Of a DNA stretch of 64,000 bases, positions 1 through 9,220 are shown piece after piece. Numbering within the stretch: the first letter of the stretch is position 1; the number at the start of each line of letters is the position of its first letter. This DNA is from a virus: positions 1-64,000 of IMG/VR virus record IMGVR_UViG_3300029880_000008; one strand, written 5' to 3'. A model generated the notes under the pieces. The model was not told where the DNA came from. It saw only the letters and a list, made by a program, of their open reading frames with translations, and ran no database searches. The translations under genes and the position numbers were made by a program.

Positions 1-84
1 TTTAATAATTTGATATCCTTCCCTATCTCTACCATCAAATAATATTGGACTTGTATTAGCAATTGGCTCTTCATTAGCAGGATG

Positions 85-234
85 CTATAACTCTTTCAAG
101 AATTTTTCTTGCATCCATGTAGCACCTGATTTAAAAGCTTCTTCTATGATCCTCTGTATATTGTCATCATAGTTATTATACCCATCTTGTGCATAATTAG
201 TAGCTTCTTCTTCTATTTTCTTATCGTCTATCAT
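85..234 (-). CDS. Hypothetical small acidic protein
   Basis: ORF track 85..297 trimmed to the Met at 234 (MIDDKK...). The upstream ORF stops at 237, giving a TAATCATG junction. Confidence 0.4.
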   Translation of the reverse strand: MIDDKKIEEEATNYAQDGYNNYDDNIQRIIEEAFKSGATWMQEKFLKEL

Positions 235-236
235 GA

Positions 237-422
237 TTACTTCACTCTTTTGAATTGAACATTCTTTCCGTCTTTTCTGTCGATTGCGGCACAACAAATA
301 TCTTTGCAGATATTTTCATAAATATTGCTGCTTATCTCGTCAAAGAAGCAACCATTACATTCTTCTGTCTCGCTTTCAACCACCTTCAAGACGATTTCTG
401 AGCCAATAGGTAAATCTTCCAT
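237..422 (-). CDS. Hypothetical Cys-rich small protein
   Basis: 61-aa ORF packed tightly in the minus-strand operon. Contains CNGC...CKDICC cysteines. Confidence 0.45.
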   Translation of the reverse strand: MEDLPIGSEIVLKVVESETEECNGCFFDEISSNIYENICKDICCAAIDRKDGKNVQFKRVK

Positions 423-425
423 AAG

Positions 426-785
426 CTATTGTTTTTTACGTTTTAATTCCTCCAAGTCGTGTTTCAAACGCTTATGAAAGCTATCTTCGCCATCATCGCC
501 ACTAAGTAACCAGTCAATGCGCTGTGCGTAAACCTCGGCTTTCTTTAGTAGAGCTATACCTTTCTTGAACTCCTTGATGGTTTCCTTAGAATACTCGCTA
601 CGGTTTGGTATCGTATGATAATGCTTACGAACGTATTCTTTCTCGGAATCCTCTAACCAATGATCTTCAATATACCGATTTACGTCAAATTCATCATCAA
701 GAGAATGTCCGTAGATTTCATCCTCTATTTCCGTGTATATGTCAGCAATTCTGTACTGAGCATAATCAAATGCGCCTCCACTCAT
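426..785 (-). CDS. Hypothetical phage protein
   Basis: 119-aa ORF, contiguous with its neighbours on the minus strand. Confidence 0.55.
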   Translation of the reverse strand: MSGGAFDYAQYRIADIYTEIEDEIYGHSLDDEFDVNRYIEDHWLEDSEKEYVRKHYHTIPNRSEYSKETIKEFKKGIALLKKAEVYAQRIDWLLSGDDGEDSFHKRLKHDLEELKRKKQ

Positions 786-786
786 A

Positions 787-1671
787 CTATTCCGTTCTTT
801 TTAGTTTAAGTTGTCTCATTTTTGCCTTTACTGCACCAACAGATCGTCCTAGAGCCTTTGCAAGTTCTTCATCAGACATCTTGTCAAAGTTGCGTGACAG
901 GAAGTTTACCTGGATGCCGTTCCAAGGAAGGAATGCGTTATTCTGGTGTTCTTCACCATGATAGTCAACGCCATTAAGCTTCAGTCCTTCGTCGGCAGCG
1001 TTGTCTATTCTTTCCGGATTGCATACCTTCATTGCAACCACCTGCAAAGCCCTGTAGATCTGACCGCCTTCCTTGAAGTATTCAGCATCCTTGTCCGGTA
1101 TGAGAATCCTGGCAACCTCTCTCATCGAGGCATACATACCATACATAGACTGTATGAATTCTCCGCAAGGTCTTATGCTGCCGGAACTGATGCCACGCTC
1201 ACTCATAACGTCATCAAACTTCGTACACATATCGTGCAGCATGATTGACAGGTTGTAGGCTACGCATGCATACGCCTGAAGCTTGTGTTCCTTGATGTTG
1301 TTCTTCAAGAGTATGTTGTCGGTCGTGTAGAAGAGTCTCTGTATATCAATCTTCAGGTCTTCCTCCATGCTGTCTGTAATATCAAGCCAGAGTTCATACT
1401 GCGAAATCTCGGTAGTATACTTCTTGAATATACCTATAAGAGTCTCAGAACGGGAGAATGCCTCCTTTATGCGATACTTAAGTTCATGCTTAAACAGGTC
1501 CTTCCTCTCACTGAGATTGTCGTGCAAATCTTTGATTGCCGTCTGCGTGATTGTAGCGAGAGAACCGATAATGAGGTAATAGAGCGAAGTGATATGGTCT
1601 ACGGTTTCCCTGTCAGGCTCCTTGTAGTTGATGAAGAATGCCCCTTTCGGTGTGAAATTATATGCCGACAT
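787..1671 (-). CDS. Hypothetical protein with a C-terminal HTH-like segment
   Basis: ORF 787..1878 trimmed to the Met at 1671 (MSAYNF...), because a small ORF fills 1674..1832. The C-terminus SDEELAKALGRSVGAVKAKMRQL looks like a helix-turn-helix. Confidence 0.5.
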   Translation of the reverse strand: MSAYNFTPKGAFFINYKEPDRETVDHITSLYYLIIGSLATITQTAIKDLHDNLSERKDLFKHELKYRIKEAFSRSETLIGIFKKYTTEISQYELWLDITDSMEEDLKIDIQRLFYTTDNILLKNNIKEHKLQAYACVAYNLSIMLHDMCTKFDDVMSERGISSGSIRPCGEFIQSMYGMYASMREVARILIPDKDAEYFKEGGQIYRALQVVAMKVCNPERIDNAADEGLKLNGVDYHGEEHQNNAFLPWNGIQVNFLSRNFDKMSDEELAKALGRSVGAVKAKMRQLKLKRTE

Positions 1672-1673
1672 CC

Positions 1674-1832
1674 CTACACCTCCTTCTCTACTGCCAATGC
1701 GCAACTGAAACAGAAGACCATCAGAAGCGAAAGGAAAATGTGTTCGACCATAAAGCAGATGAACCCGTAACCTGCGATAATTGCTGCGATGATAAGCAGG
1801 ATCATCACTATTGTATGTTTGTATCTCTTCAT
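1674..1832 (-). CDS. Small two-TM membrane protein (below the track threshold)
   Basis: Hand translation: MKRYKHTIVMILLIIAAIIAGYGFICFMVEHIFLSLLMVFCFSCALAVEKEV. The stop abuts the next ATG. Confidence 0.35.
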   Translation of the reverse strand: MKRYKHTIVMILLIIAAIIAGYGFICFMVEHIFLSLLMVFCFSCALAVEKEV

Positions 1833-1834
1833 AT

Positions 1835-2140
1835 TTACTTTGATTTAATGTTTCCGTATGCAGCCATATAGCTATCAAGCTGCTGCGTTGCGTGTACCAG
1901 CTTCTGATTGTAGTTATCTCGCTCTGCCCTAGCTTTAGAGATAAAGATAAAGCTGACGATAAATGAGATTACTACCGTTATCACGATGAATAACCAAGGC
2001 AGCTTGTGTACTGCCTTATTGATTGCTCTTCCTATATTTCTCAGGATAACCAAAGAATAAACACCTATGAACACTACCGCCTGCTTGGTGGTTGCGTTAG
2101 TAACTTCTGCGATTTTACCTTTGCTTTCTACCATAATCAA
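1835..2140 (-). CDS. Membrane protein
   Basis: 101-aa ORF with two hydrophobic helices (AVVFIGVYSLVIL, LPWLFIVITVVISFIVSFIFI). Confidence 0.5.
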   Translation of the reverse strand: MIMVESKGKIAEVTNATTKQAVVFIGVYSLVILRNIGRAINKAVHKLPWLFIVITVVISFIVSFIFISKARAERDNYNQKLVHATQQLDSYMAAYGNIKSK

Positions 2141-2716
2141 CTAATTTAAAAATATTGGTAATCTTCTGAAAATCTCATTATCAGGAGTTTTAAACTCCTT
2201 ATCCCATGTTCTGTAAAGAACATTGAGATTCAGTTTCTTGGCGATGTATTTATAATTATTCTCAAACAAGTCAACATGCTCTTTGAAAACATATAGACGA
2301 TTACTCTTCCTTGTACGGATGCTTTCTCTTATGTCTTCACGAAGATGTGCCGATGCGTATTTAAGCTGTTCCCAATCTCCCTTTGTCTTTGGCGCAAAGT
2401 TGATGCCATCCAAAAAATTATATCCAAAGTTGTTGATGTTAAACACAAATGCGCTACCAGATGTATAAACATATACATTTTCGACATTTGGAAATTGTTT
2501 TTTAAGGTTTAAAGCAAATCTATCGATGTTAATATTGCTCATAAACGGCTCGCCACCAGTAATACAAACGGTATGAACTGTTTTCATTTCTTCTACTGTA
2601 GCTACAGGAATTTTGTCTATATCGTACATTTTATTACAACATAGATTGCATTTGTGGTCACAGTTATCAAGAATCATCAAATGCATGATTTCTGGTTTCA
2701 CTTTTCTTTCTGCCAT
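2141..2716 (-). CDS. Small radical SAM family protein
   Basis: CDHKCNLCC gives the CX3CX2C radical-SAM cluster motif, followed by a GGEPF glycine-rich motif. 191 aa. Preceded by the early-gene cassette. Confidence 0.6.
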   Translation of the reverse strand: MAERKVKPEIMHLMILDNCDHKCNLCCNKMYDIDKIPVATVEEMKTVHTVCITGGEPFMSNINIDRFALNLKKQFPNVENVYVYTSGSAFVFNINNFGYNFLDGINFAPKTKGDWEQLKYASAHLREDIRESIRTRKSNRLYVFKEHVDLFENNYKYIAKKLNLNVLYRTWDKEFKTPDNEIFRRLPIFLN

Positions 2717-2726
2717 AATTCTAAAA

Positions 2727-2831
2727 TTATTTGGTTCGGTTGCACCAGTTATCGGTAGATTGCCAATAACCGGCTAACCATATTTCTTTTGGTGTCGCAT
2801 TAGGATGCTCACTGAGCCATTCCTCTGCCAT
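2727..2831 (-). CDS. Possible 34-aa Trp-rich peptide
   Basis: Hand translation: MAEEWLSEHPNATPKEIWLAGYWQSTDNWCNRTK. The ATG is coupled to the upstream stop (TAAAATG). It overlaps the cassette hairpin, so this call is weak. Confidence 0.3.
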   Translation of the reverse strand: MAEEWLSEHPNATPKEIWLAGYWQSTDNWCNRTK

Positions 2832-2832
2832 T

Positions 2833-3498
2833 TTACTTACGTCTGCCATTTTTGTCTCGTTTTGATTCTTTTTCAAGTTTTCTCTTTAGTTTTTCAAGAG
2901 GTGACTTTTCAATATCAACACCCTTTAAGCGGCAATGCTCTTCATAAGAAATTGCTTTTCTTCTAGATTCCTCATCTTCTTTCTTTTGTTTCTCAGCTAA
3001 CTTCTGAGAATCAATTTCTGCTCTCTTTTCGTAGAGCTTACACATGTATTTTTCGAGAGCAATAAAAAGTTTTTGAGGATTTACTGTCTTTCCTACATAG
3101 ATTTCGCCATACTCACCCATAGAAAACTCGTAGAAGAATCTAGTAAGCTCACTAGGCGTAAGGTGATAGTATTCTTGTCTGATACGCTGTGTCATAGCCT
3201 TGAACTGATAAGTAGTGGTCGAATCAATAGCACCAATAACCATAAACAAGTCAATAAGCATTATCTTAATCCAAAACTCGCTTGCGCCATCTTTGAAGTA
3301 CTTATCAATACTAACTAACGACATACCGCCTCTAGCTACAGAATCATATACAGATGTAATTGCATCTGTTCGATTTTGCAAGGTAGGATATTTGTCCAGG
3401 AATAGCGCATATTGTCCACCGTATTTTTCCACCGCTTGCTTGCATTCAGTCGGCAAGGATTGAATTAATCTTGTTGAAAGTTCGTTGCTGTTGTTCAT
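2833..3498 (-). CDS. Hypothetical protein with a K/E-rich C-terminal tail
   Basis: ORF 2833..3564 trimmed to the Met at 3498 (MNNSNEL...). Confidence 0.5.
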   Translation of the reverse strand: MNNSNELSTRLIQSLPTECKQAVEKYGGQYALFLDKYPTLQNRTDAITSVYDSVARGGMSLVSIDKYFKDGASEFWIKIMLIDLFMVIGAIDSTTTYQFKAMTQRIRQEYYHLTPSELTRFFYEFSMGEYGEIYVGKTVNPQKLFIALEKYMCKLYEKRAEIDSQKLAEKQKKEDEESRRKAISYEEHCRLKGVDIEKSPLEKLKRKLEKESKRDKNGRRK

Positions 3499-3853
3499 AA
3501 CTATTTGCGTAATTGTTTTTAGGAGCGAACAACCCGGTGTAGTTGTTGCCCATGGAATACTCAACGATAACCTTTGCGTATTCTGGATTTCCGCTCGATA
3601 ACTGTAGGAGTTTCTTTTTAAGAGCTTCTAACCCTCGTGGCTTGTAAGTCTGACGTTTTTCTTTCTTGTATGCAAGCCACATTTCAAGAGCTTCTTGGCA
3701 AGGGTAAATCTCCTCTTGCTGCCCTTCTTCCTCAAAGTCTGATAAATCTTTGCCTAACGAGAACGCAGCACCCATACAAAAGACTTTCTGCTTTTCCAGG
3801 TTATTCGGGAAAAGCTCACTTGACTTCTGTCTTATTTCTTTAGGTAACATCAT
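3446..3853 (-). CDS. Hypothetical protein (possibly a DnaD-like replication helper)
   Basis: 135-aa ORF. The WLAYKKEKRQTYKPRGLEALKKKL segment resembles the C-termini of phage replisome-organizer or DnaD-like proteins. This is a weak motif impression only. Confidence 0.45.
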   Translation of the reverse strand: MMLPKEIRQKSSELFPNNLEKQKVFCMGAAFSLGKDLSDFEEEGQQEEIYPCQEALEMWLAYKKEKRQTYKPRGLEALKKKLLQLSSGNPEYAKVIVEYSMGNNYTGLFAPKNNYANSYEQQQRTFNKINSILAD

Positions 3854-3856
3854 TGT

Positions 3857-4294
3857 TTATAAATATTGTTTGGAATTCTGAATATCATGTTCGATGTGCA
3901 GAAGCGCGATGTACTCCTCAGAAGAAGGAATATATATGCCGGCTATGTTGCTAGACCAGTTTCTGAAACGTTCGATAGCCTCAGACAGCTCTTCTTTCGT
4001 AAGCTTTGCGGTCGATATTACGTATTCCCTGTCTGTTCCGAGCAGATCATCGTGCTTTTGTCGCACAAACAAGTCTCTATTAACAATCCTCTTGAAGTAA
4101 CAGGTCTTGACTTCATCTAGAGTGTTGCCGGTCTGCAATCCGAAGTAAGCGAGTATCGTGTGAAGGTACTTCAACTGTTGAAGCGTTTTCGCCTTCTTTT
4201 CCACGACCTCTACCATACTCTGCTTCTCAATCAGCTTCTCTATCTTCAGTCTGAGATTCTGCACTTCAAGAGGATTCTTGGTATTATACATCAT
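3857..4294 (-). CDS. NinB/Orf-like recombination mediator (tentative)
   Basis: 145 aa. KTLQQLKYLHTILAYFG and STAKLTKEELSEAIERFRNW resemble lambda Orf RSLDQNRKLWACLGDV and STSRMRVGEFAELLELIQAF. It sits next to SSB/exo/RecT. Confidence 0.4.
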   Translation of the reverse strand: MMYNTKNPLEVQNLRLKIEKLIEKQSMVEVVEKKAKTLQQLKYLHTILAYFGLQTGNTLDEVKTCYFKRIVNRDLFVRQKHDDLLGTDREYVISTAKLTKEELSEAIERFRNWSSNIAGIYIPSSEEYIALLHIEHDIQNSKQYL

Positions 4295-4345
4295 ACTATT
4301 TCAGCATTGAATGTATCTTTAATCAGATTCAGCTTGCCAGTAAGG

Positions 4346-4798
4346 CTAAAACGGGAGTTGATCAGATTGTCCTGCCGGTGCTCCTGGCTGCTGTGCCGGT
4401 GGAAACGGATTGTTTGGATTCATCGGGTTTGGTGCTCCGGCCATAGCTGCTTGTTGCGCTGCTTGTGCTGTCTGGGCGCCAGTCTGAGGATTCATATTGT
4501 AGCCGCCCTGCATAGGAGCCTGCTGACCGCTCTGACGAACGACCTGCCAAGCATTCACTGAGTTCCACCATTTTCCGTTGTACTCACGGGCATTGATATC
4601 AAATGATACTGTCACTTCCTCGCCAACCTGCAAGTTGAACTCTGTTATCTTGTCACCAAGTACATCAAAAGCAACCCTCTTAGGGTACTGCTCGTGTGTT
4701 TCGATGACCGCAGTTTGTGAACTCCATTGTGTTCCCCTAGCAGATGTTCCGCTTTTTGTCGGCAACACCGCTATAATTTTTCCTGTTATGTCTGCCAT
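4346..4798 (-). CDS. DUF3127-type ssDNA-binding-like protein with an SSB-style tail
   Basis: N-terminal about 90 aa: ITGKIIAVLP...VSFDINAREYNGKWWNSVNAWQV. A Q/P/G/A/M-rich low-complexity linker follows, ending in DQLPF. Confidence 0.55.
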   Translation of the reverse strand: MADITGKIIAVLPTKSGTSARGTQWSSQTAVIETHEQYPKRVAFDVLGDKITEFNLQVGEEVTVSFDINAREYNGKWWNSVNAWQVVRQSGQQAPMQGGYNMNPQTGAQTAQAAQQAAMAGAPNPMNPNNPFPPAQQPGAPAGQSDQLPF

Positions 4799-5491
4799 TT
4801 AATTATTTATGATTTCGTTAATAAAATCGTTTGCGAGTATTACTCTGTCTTCCATCAGCTTGATATCATCCTCTACTCTGTCTATCTCAGCCCAGTGAAT
4901 AGGCTTTGACAGCCAAGGACAATATACGATGAATATTCCACCTTTGGCGCCGGTACAGCTCATCTCAGCCATCATCTGCCAGTAGTACTTCGGCTCGGTT
5001 TCTTTGAGCGATGCGGCATCGTGGATGAGAGTTCGGTATTTCATATAAGTATTTATGTTCGGGCATTTGACCTCGATGATTTTGAGGTCTTCGCCGTCAC
5101 GACCATAGATTGCTCCGTCAGGAGAAGCCGCGAAGTAAGGGATTGTATCGTGTTTGCAGGAAGAAAGCTCAGTAATCTCACCTTCAGGGAAGTTCATCTG
5201 CATGTAGAGAGCCTTGGCAGCATCCTCCTGATCAGCACCCCACTGCATTGCCTTGGTGTTTACAGATACTTGGTCGATATAATCTTGAAAGATTCCGTCA
5301 TCATTCAAGAAGGTTGGATTGAACAGACGTTCTCCTGCAACCTGATAAAGATACGATTTAGCTGTATCTGAGAAGACTTCATCTTTCTTACGCCCAGACT
5401 TCATAATGTCGGCGATTTTAGAACCTGTCAAAAAACCGACGCGGCTACGGAACCACGAAATCGACCTCTGTTCTACGCCATCGGTAATCAT
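4799..5491 (-). CDS. YqaJ-like (lambda-Exo-type) recombination exonuclease
   Basis: QRSISWFRSRVGFLTGSKIADIM matches the YqaJ N-terminal signature. ASPDG...IIEVKCP is a PD-(D/E)xK motif. Overlaps recT by 4 nt. Confidence 0.75.
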   Translation of the reverse strand: MITDGVEQRSISWFRSRVGFLTGSKIADIMKSGRKKDEVFSDTAKSYLYQVAGERLFNPTFLNDDGIFQDYIDQVSVNTKAMQWGADQEDAAKALYMQMNFPEGEITELSSCKHDTIPYFAASPDGAIYGRDGEDLKIIEVKCPNINTYMKYRTLIHDAASLKETEPKYYWQMMAEMSCTGAKGGIFIVYCPWLSKPIHWAEIDRVEDDIKLMEDRVILANDFINEIINN

Positions 5492-6321
5492 TTCTTTTCC
5501 TCCTTCTTGGCAGCATCAGCCTTTGCTGCCTCAGCAGCCATAGCAGCAAGATTCTCCTTCTTCTCGCTCTCGATGTTATCAACATACTCTGGAGCAAAAG
5601 CGTCGATATCAAGGTCTTGAATATCAGAAGCATTTGTGTTAACTACTGACTGATCGAATGTGATAGCTCTCTGCATCTCCACAGACTTAGGCGCATATTT
5701 AAGGATAGACTTAAGTACTGTCTTCTGTGCCATAGCGTCGAAATCAGACTTCCAAGGAGAATTGTAGCCGGCACGGAATGCCTGAGAGAACTTTGTAGCG
5801 TGCGCCTTGACCTTGGCGATATCCCAATATGCAACCTTTGTAAATCCGTTCAGAAGCTCGAATTTTGCCATATATCCGATAATCTTATCAGAAGTTTTCT
5901 TCTTCTTATCGAATACATAGTCTTCATCGAACTCATCTCCGGAGACGTATTCTCCTTCATGAACAGGAGCTGCAAGAATCTTCTTGAACTGACCGCTTCG
6001 CTGACAGAGCTGCAAGATTCCGAGGTATCCCACCTGAAGTTGACACTGCGAGCCGTAAGGAATAAGATAAGCCTGCCCTAAGGTAGGGATGACCTGTAAC
6101 TGCATCGTAGCGGCAACCATAGCAGCACCGATGATACTCATTGGCTGAGCCTTTCGCAGCTGCGGATTTCCGTTAGCAACGCTGATAACCGAACTCATGA
6201 AGCTATTTGCCATCTGAGGGCTACTCCACACTTCGTTGAGCTTTCCGACTACAGCAGGTGAGTGCATTAACTCACCAAGCGACATATTGTTTTGTTGTGT
6301 CGCAACTTGTGTATTACTCAT
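5488..6321 (-). CDS. recT: RecT-family single-strand annealing protein
   Basis: 277 aa. Contains the RecT-like core AMVAATMQLQVIPTLGQAYLIPYG...QVGYLGILQLCQRSG and is paired with a YqaJ exonuclease. Confidence 0.8.
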   Translation of the reverse strand: MSNTQVATQQNNMSLGELMHSPAVVGKLNEVWSSPQMANSFMSSVISVANGNPQLRKAQPMSIIGAAMVAATMQLQVIPTLGQAYLIPYGSQCQLQVGYLGILQLCQRSGQFKKILAAPVHEGEYVSGDEFDEDYVFDKKKKTSDKIIGYMAKFELLNGFTKVAYWDIAKVKAHATKFSQAFRAGYNSPWKSDFDAMAQKTVLKSILKYAPKSVEMQRAITFDQSVVNTNASDIQDLDIDAFAPEYVDNIESEKKENLAAMAAEAAKADAAKKEEKK

Positions 6322-6346
6322 TTTTTGCTTAAAATTTAAAAATTAA

Positions 6347-6481
6347 TCACTGATACTTCCATTCCCAGTCTTTGCAAACGTAATCTCCATTGTAGCTTGC
6401 GTTAGGATCAGTACAAATCTGAAGGAAGATACAATCGTGACAACTCCTCTTATAGTGGAGAGCGAATCTACTGTTTGCCAT
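6347..6481 (-). CDS. Possible 44-aa Cys-rich peptide
   Basis: Hand translation: MANSRFALHYKRSCHDCIFLQICTDPNASYNGDYVCKDWEWKYQ. Fills the gap between recT and the next ORF. Confidence 0.3.
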   Translation of the reverse strand: MANSRFALHYKRSCHDCIFLQICTDPNASYNGDYVCKDWEWKYQ

Positions 6482-6492
6482 ACCGGGAATGA

Positions 6493-6756
6493 TTAATGTA
6501 TTCTATCTAAATATCTGAAGTAAGTTTCCACCGTCACGCTTTCGCCCTTTTCATTAAGGCGTTCATAATGAAGTGGAACCTTACCGAGTTTTCTACCCTC
6601 ACCTTCAATGTAGTTGAGGTATGCCGCCTTTTTGGCCAGCTGTACCGACTTGCTTCGTGGAAGTTCCATGAGGCACGCATGTACCTTACGCAAGTCAAGT
6701 ACAGCAAAGGCCATCTTGGCGGGCATTTTTGCTATTCTGTTATCTATTTCTGTCAT
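6493..6756 (-). CDS. Hypothetical protein
   Basis: 87-aa ORF in operon context. Confidence 0.5.
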   Translation of the reverse strand: MTEIDNRIAKMPAKMAFAVLDLRKVHACLMELPRSKSVQLAKKAAYLNYIEGEGRKLGKVPLHYERLNEKGESVTVETYFRYLDRIH

Positions 6757-7502
6757 TACACTTCCATAATAGGAATCTCAGGACAGAGCTTACGAATCTT
6801 GTCAAGCTCCGTATTGATGATCTTGTCGCGGGATTCTTCGATGATACATTCTGCATCAGCAGAGATAAGCGTCAGTAATGCCATGTTGCCTTCGACGTGA
6901 GCGATAGTCTCGATTGAAAGCTTCTCAGGCTCTGCGCCCTTGAAAATAGGAATATTGATAGTGAACGATGGAGGAAGATTAGAGTCTACAGCCTTCTCAT
7001 AGTTGTCAGTCACGGAACCATTGTCGCTGTATTCCTTCTTGATTGTTGTCTGAACCTTCGCCGAGAAGCTCTTGAGGAGATTGACGAGTTCCATGTTCTT
7101 CTCCTTCGTCTCGAAGAAAGAACGGTTGAGTCTGAAGAAGTCACCAAGCTGTACCGGTTTCCACAACTGACCGTCATTGATATGGAATCCCGAAAACTGA
7201 CGAGACAGCTGAATAGAGCCGATAATTGTCTGTGTAGTGCGCTCATCATTCTCGTTTGTAACAAGAGTAACAACGAGCTTCTCTCGATTAACCAGGATAT
7301 GCGTATGCTCTTTGTCAATCTGCTCTGTACCCCAACGCTTCTCAAGGAAGGCATAGATACAGGTAATAACACCGTCTACCTGAAGATTAAGAGGCTCCTT
7401 TGCAGGAAGCATATAAGGGTTCTCGTTACCTACCTCACGGAGAACAATCTCCGCATGATCCTGTCCAGGAGCGAGGTCTATCTGCAATTTTTCATTGTTC
7501 AT
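6756..7502 (-). CDS. Hypothetical protein
   Basis: 248-aa ORF. Its stop overlaps the downstream start. Confidence 0.55.
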   Translation of the reverse strand: MNNEKLQIDLAPGQDHAEIVLREVGNENPYMLPAKEPLNLQVDGVITCIYAFLEKRWGTEQIDKEHTHILVNREKLVVTLVTNENDERTTQTIIGSIQLSRQFSGFHINDGQLWKPVQLGDFFRLNRSFFETKEKNMELVNLLKSFSAKVQTTIKKEYSDNGSVTDNYEKAVDSNLPPSFTINIPIFKGAEPEKLSIETIAHVEGNMALLTLISADAECIIEESRDKIINTELDKIRKLCPEIPIMEV

Positions 7503-7544
7503 TTTACAAAATATTTTAGAATTTAGAAACTATGTGAAAACAGA

Positions 7545-7994
7545 CTACATAGCCTTCTTGTCACGATTAAGTGAGTATACATTGCTAGGGAGTTCGTCAC
7601 GTGTTGCCGGACGGGAAGAAACAAGATGACCCTCCTTATCATAGAAGGCAGTCATCTTTGCTTCACGGTCAACGAACTTGTAAACCTTCTCGTTAACCAT
7701 GCTACCCTTCTGCTTGATTTCCTTAAGGAGAGAAGAGATCTCTTCCTTGATAGGCTTCAGCTCTGCCTTTTTCTGCTCACGGAAATCCTTGATTTCCTCT
7801 TCGATGTCAGATGCCCGTGCAGACTGAAGAGCGAACAGGTCCTTCTTCTTCATCAGCTCATCAGAGTTGAATCGCTTGATGAACTCCATTTTCTCAACAG
7901 AGTCCGCGTTGTTGGCGAGGAAATCCTCACGCTCCTCCAGGTCCTCATACTCATGACCGAGGGTTGCAGAAATAGTTGCTTTTTCTTTTGCCAT
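7545..7994 (-). CDS. Hypothetical coiled-coil protein
   Basis: 149-aa ORF rich in E/K. Confidence 0.55.
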   Translation of the reverse strand: MAKEKATISATLGHEYEDLEEREDFLANNADSVEKMEFIKRFNSDELMKKKDLFALQSARASDIEEEIKDFREQKKAELKPIKEEISSLLKEIKQKGSMVNEKVYKFVDREAKMTAFYDKEGHLVSSRPATRDELPSNVYSLNRDKKAM

Positions 7995-8007
7995 TGTGTT
8001 ATATGAA

Positions 8008-8217
8008 TTAATGTGTTAATACTCGGCGCCAGCGTCCACGCTTGAATTTCTTGTCCGCGTGAATTCCGAACAATGTTGGTGTTGTTACGCCATTCATCAT
8101 AGGAAGCAAATTGTCCTTCTTCAAAATACGTTCGAAATGTGAAGAAGTGACAGGAGCGTGGCAGATGATGTTCTTCTTGACATCATACAGGTTGCCGTAC
8201 TTTGATACTACGCCCAT
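8008..8217 (-). CDS. Hypothetical small basic protein
   Basis: 69-aa ORF with a KKFKRGRWRR tail. Confidence 0.4.
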   Translation of the reverse strand: MGVVSKYGNLYDVKKNIICHAPVTSSHFERILKKDNLLPMMNGVTTPTLFGIHADKKFKRGRWRRVLTH

Positions 8218-8612
8218 TACTCGCCCTCCTCCATTATTTTCAACAACTCACGGATACCTTCAACGCCATGCACCTCCCCGTTTTTCACTTTTTCATGGAG
8301 TTCGTCGAGCTTCTTCATCTTAGCGAGGAAAGAGCTCTTCTTGTCCTCAAGCGAATTGAGGCGCTTGGTGATTGCCAGTTCCGGGTTCTCACTGAGAATG
8401 ATGTCCAATGCGATGCCGGCGAAAAGGTTCGTATTATTCTCCTTCTTGCCCTCATCATCAATCTCGTCGATATCACGAGTAAACTGGTTTTTGCCGTCGA
8501 TAACCTTCTCGATTTCATTGAACTCAGAAGGATTCTTCGAGATGTCGAATGCTCTGTCAACAAGAGCCTGCTTGTCAATTACTACACTGACGACAATTTT
8601 GTCTTTGTCCAT
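8217..8612 (-). CDS. Hypothetical protein
   Basis: 131-aa ORF in operon context. Confidence 0.55.
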   Translation of the reverse strand: MDKDKIVVSVVIDKQALVDRAFDISKNPSEFNEIEKVIDGKNQFTRDIDEIDDEGKKENNTNLFAGIALDIILSENPELAITKRLNSLEDKKSSFLAKMKKLDELHEKVKNGEVHGVEGIRELLKIMEEGE

Positions 8613-8638
8613 AATTTAAAATATTTAGAATTAAACTA

Positions 8639-8734
8639 CTAGTCTTCCTTATCCCAACCAAGGAGATGTGCGACGAATGCGCATGCAGCGAACATAGCTA
8701 CTGTTGCTATGAGACTATTGATAATAATAACCAT
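8639..8734 (-). CDS. Possible 31-aa single-TM peptide
   Basis: Hand translation: MVIIINSLIATVAMFAACAFVAHLLGWDKED. Confidence 0.25.
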   Translation of the reverse strand: MVIIINSLIATVAMFAACAFVAHLLGWDKED

Positions 8735-8755
8735 ATCTTCTTGTTTTATACCTTA

Positions 8756-9220
8756 TTATATTATATAGCAATCGGACGGTGGATAATCAACGATTTCCCA
8801 CTCGTTCTTCTTTATCTTGATAGCCTTACGGAATATAACGACAGACTCGCCGTTGTGACGTTTCTTGTTGTGAGCGATAAGTCTTGCTACGACAGCCTTG
8901 GTCGTTATCGAGAACTCTCTGAGCTTTGATGTGTAGAGGCTCTTGACATCACATATCACAATCCTATCACCTTCCCGATAAACGAAGTCGGCAGTATAGT
9001 TATGCCCGTAAAGCAGTGACATTCTCACGTACTTAACCTTAGTCTTAAGCTGCTTTGGTTTCAGCATCCATACCGGGTTGATGGCCGTGATGGTTACCTG
9101 TCTATGTATGCAGCTTATGCCAGGATCATCGAGGATGGTCTGCAAGTACAGATACTCCTCTCTTGAATCGTATTCGTTCCCGTCAGGAGCGTAATACTTC
9201 TTTGAACCTACGCGTCCCAT
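8756..9220 (-). CDS. PD-(D/E)xK nuclease (DUF1064-like, possible junction resolvase)
   Basis: YDSREEYLYL ... YTADFVY ... IVICDVKS fits the D...(D/E)xK layout of small phage endonucleases. Confidence 0.5.
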   Translation of the reverse strand: MGRVGSKKYYAPDGNEYDSREEYLYLQTILDDPGISCIHRQVTITAINPVWMLKPKQLKTKVKYVRMSLLYGHNYTADFVYREGDRIVICDVKSLYTSKLREFSITTKAVVARLIAHNKKRHNGESVVIFRKAIKIKKNEWEIVDYPPSDCYII

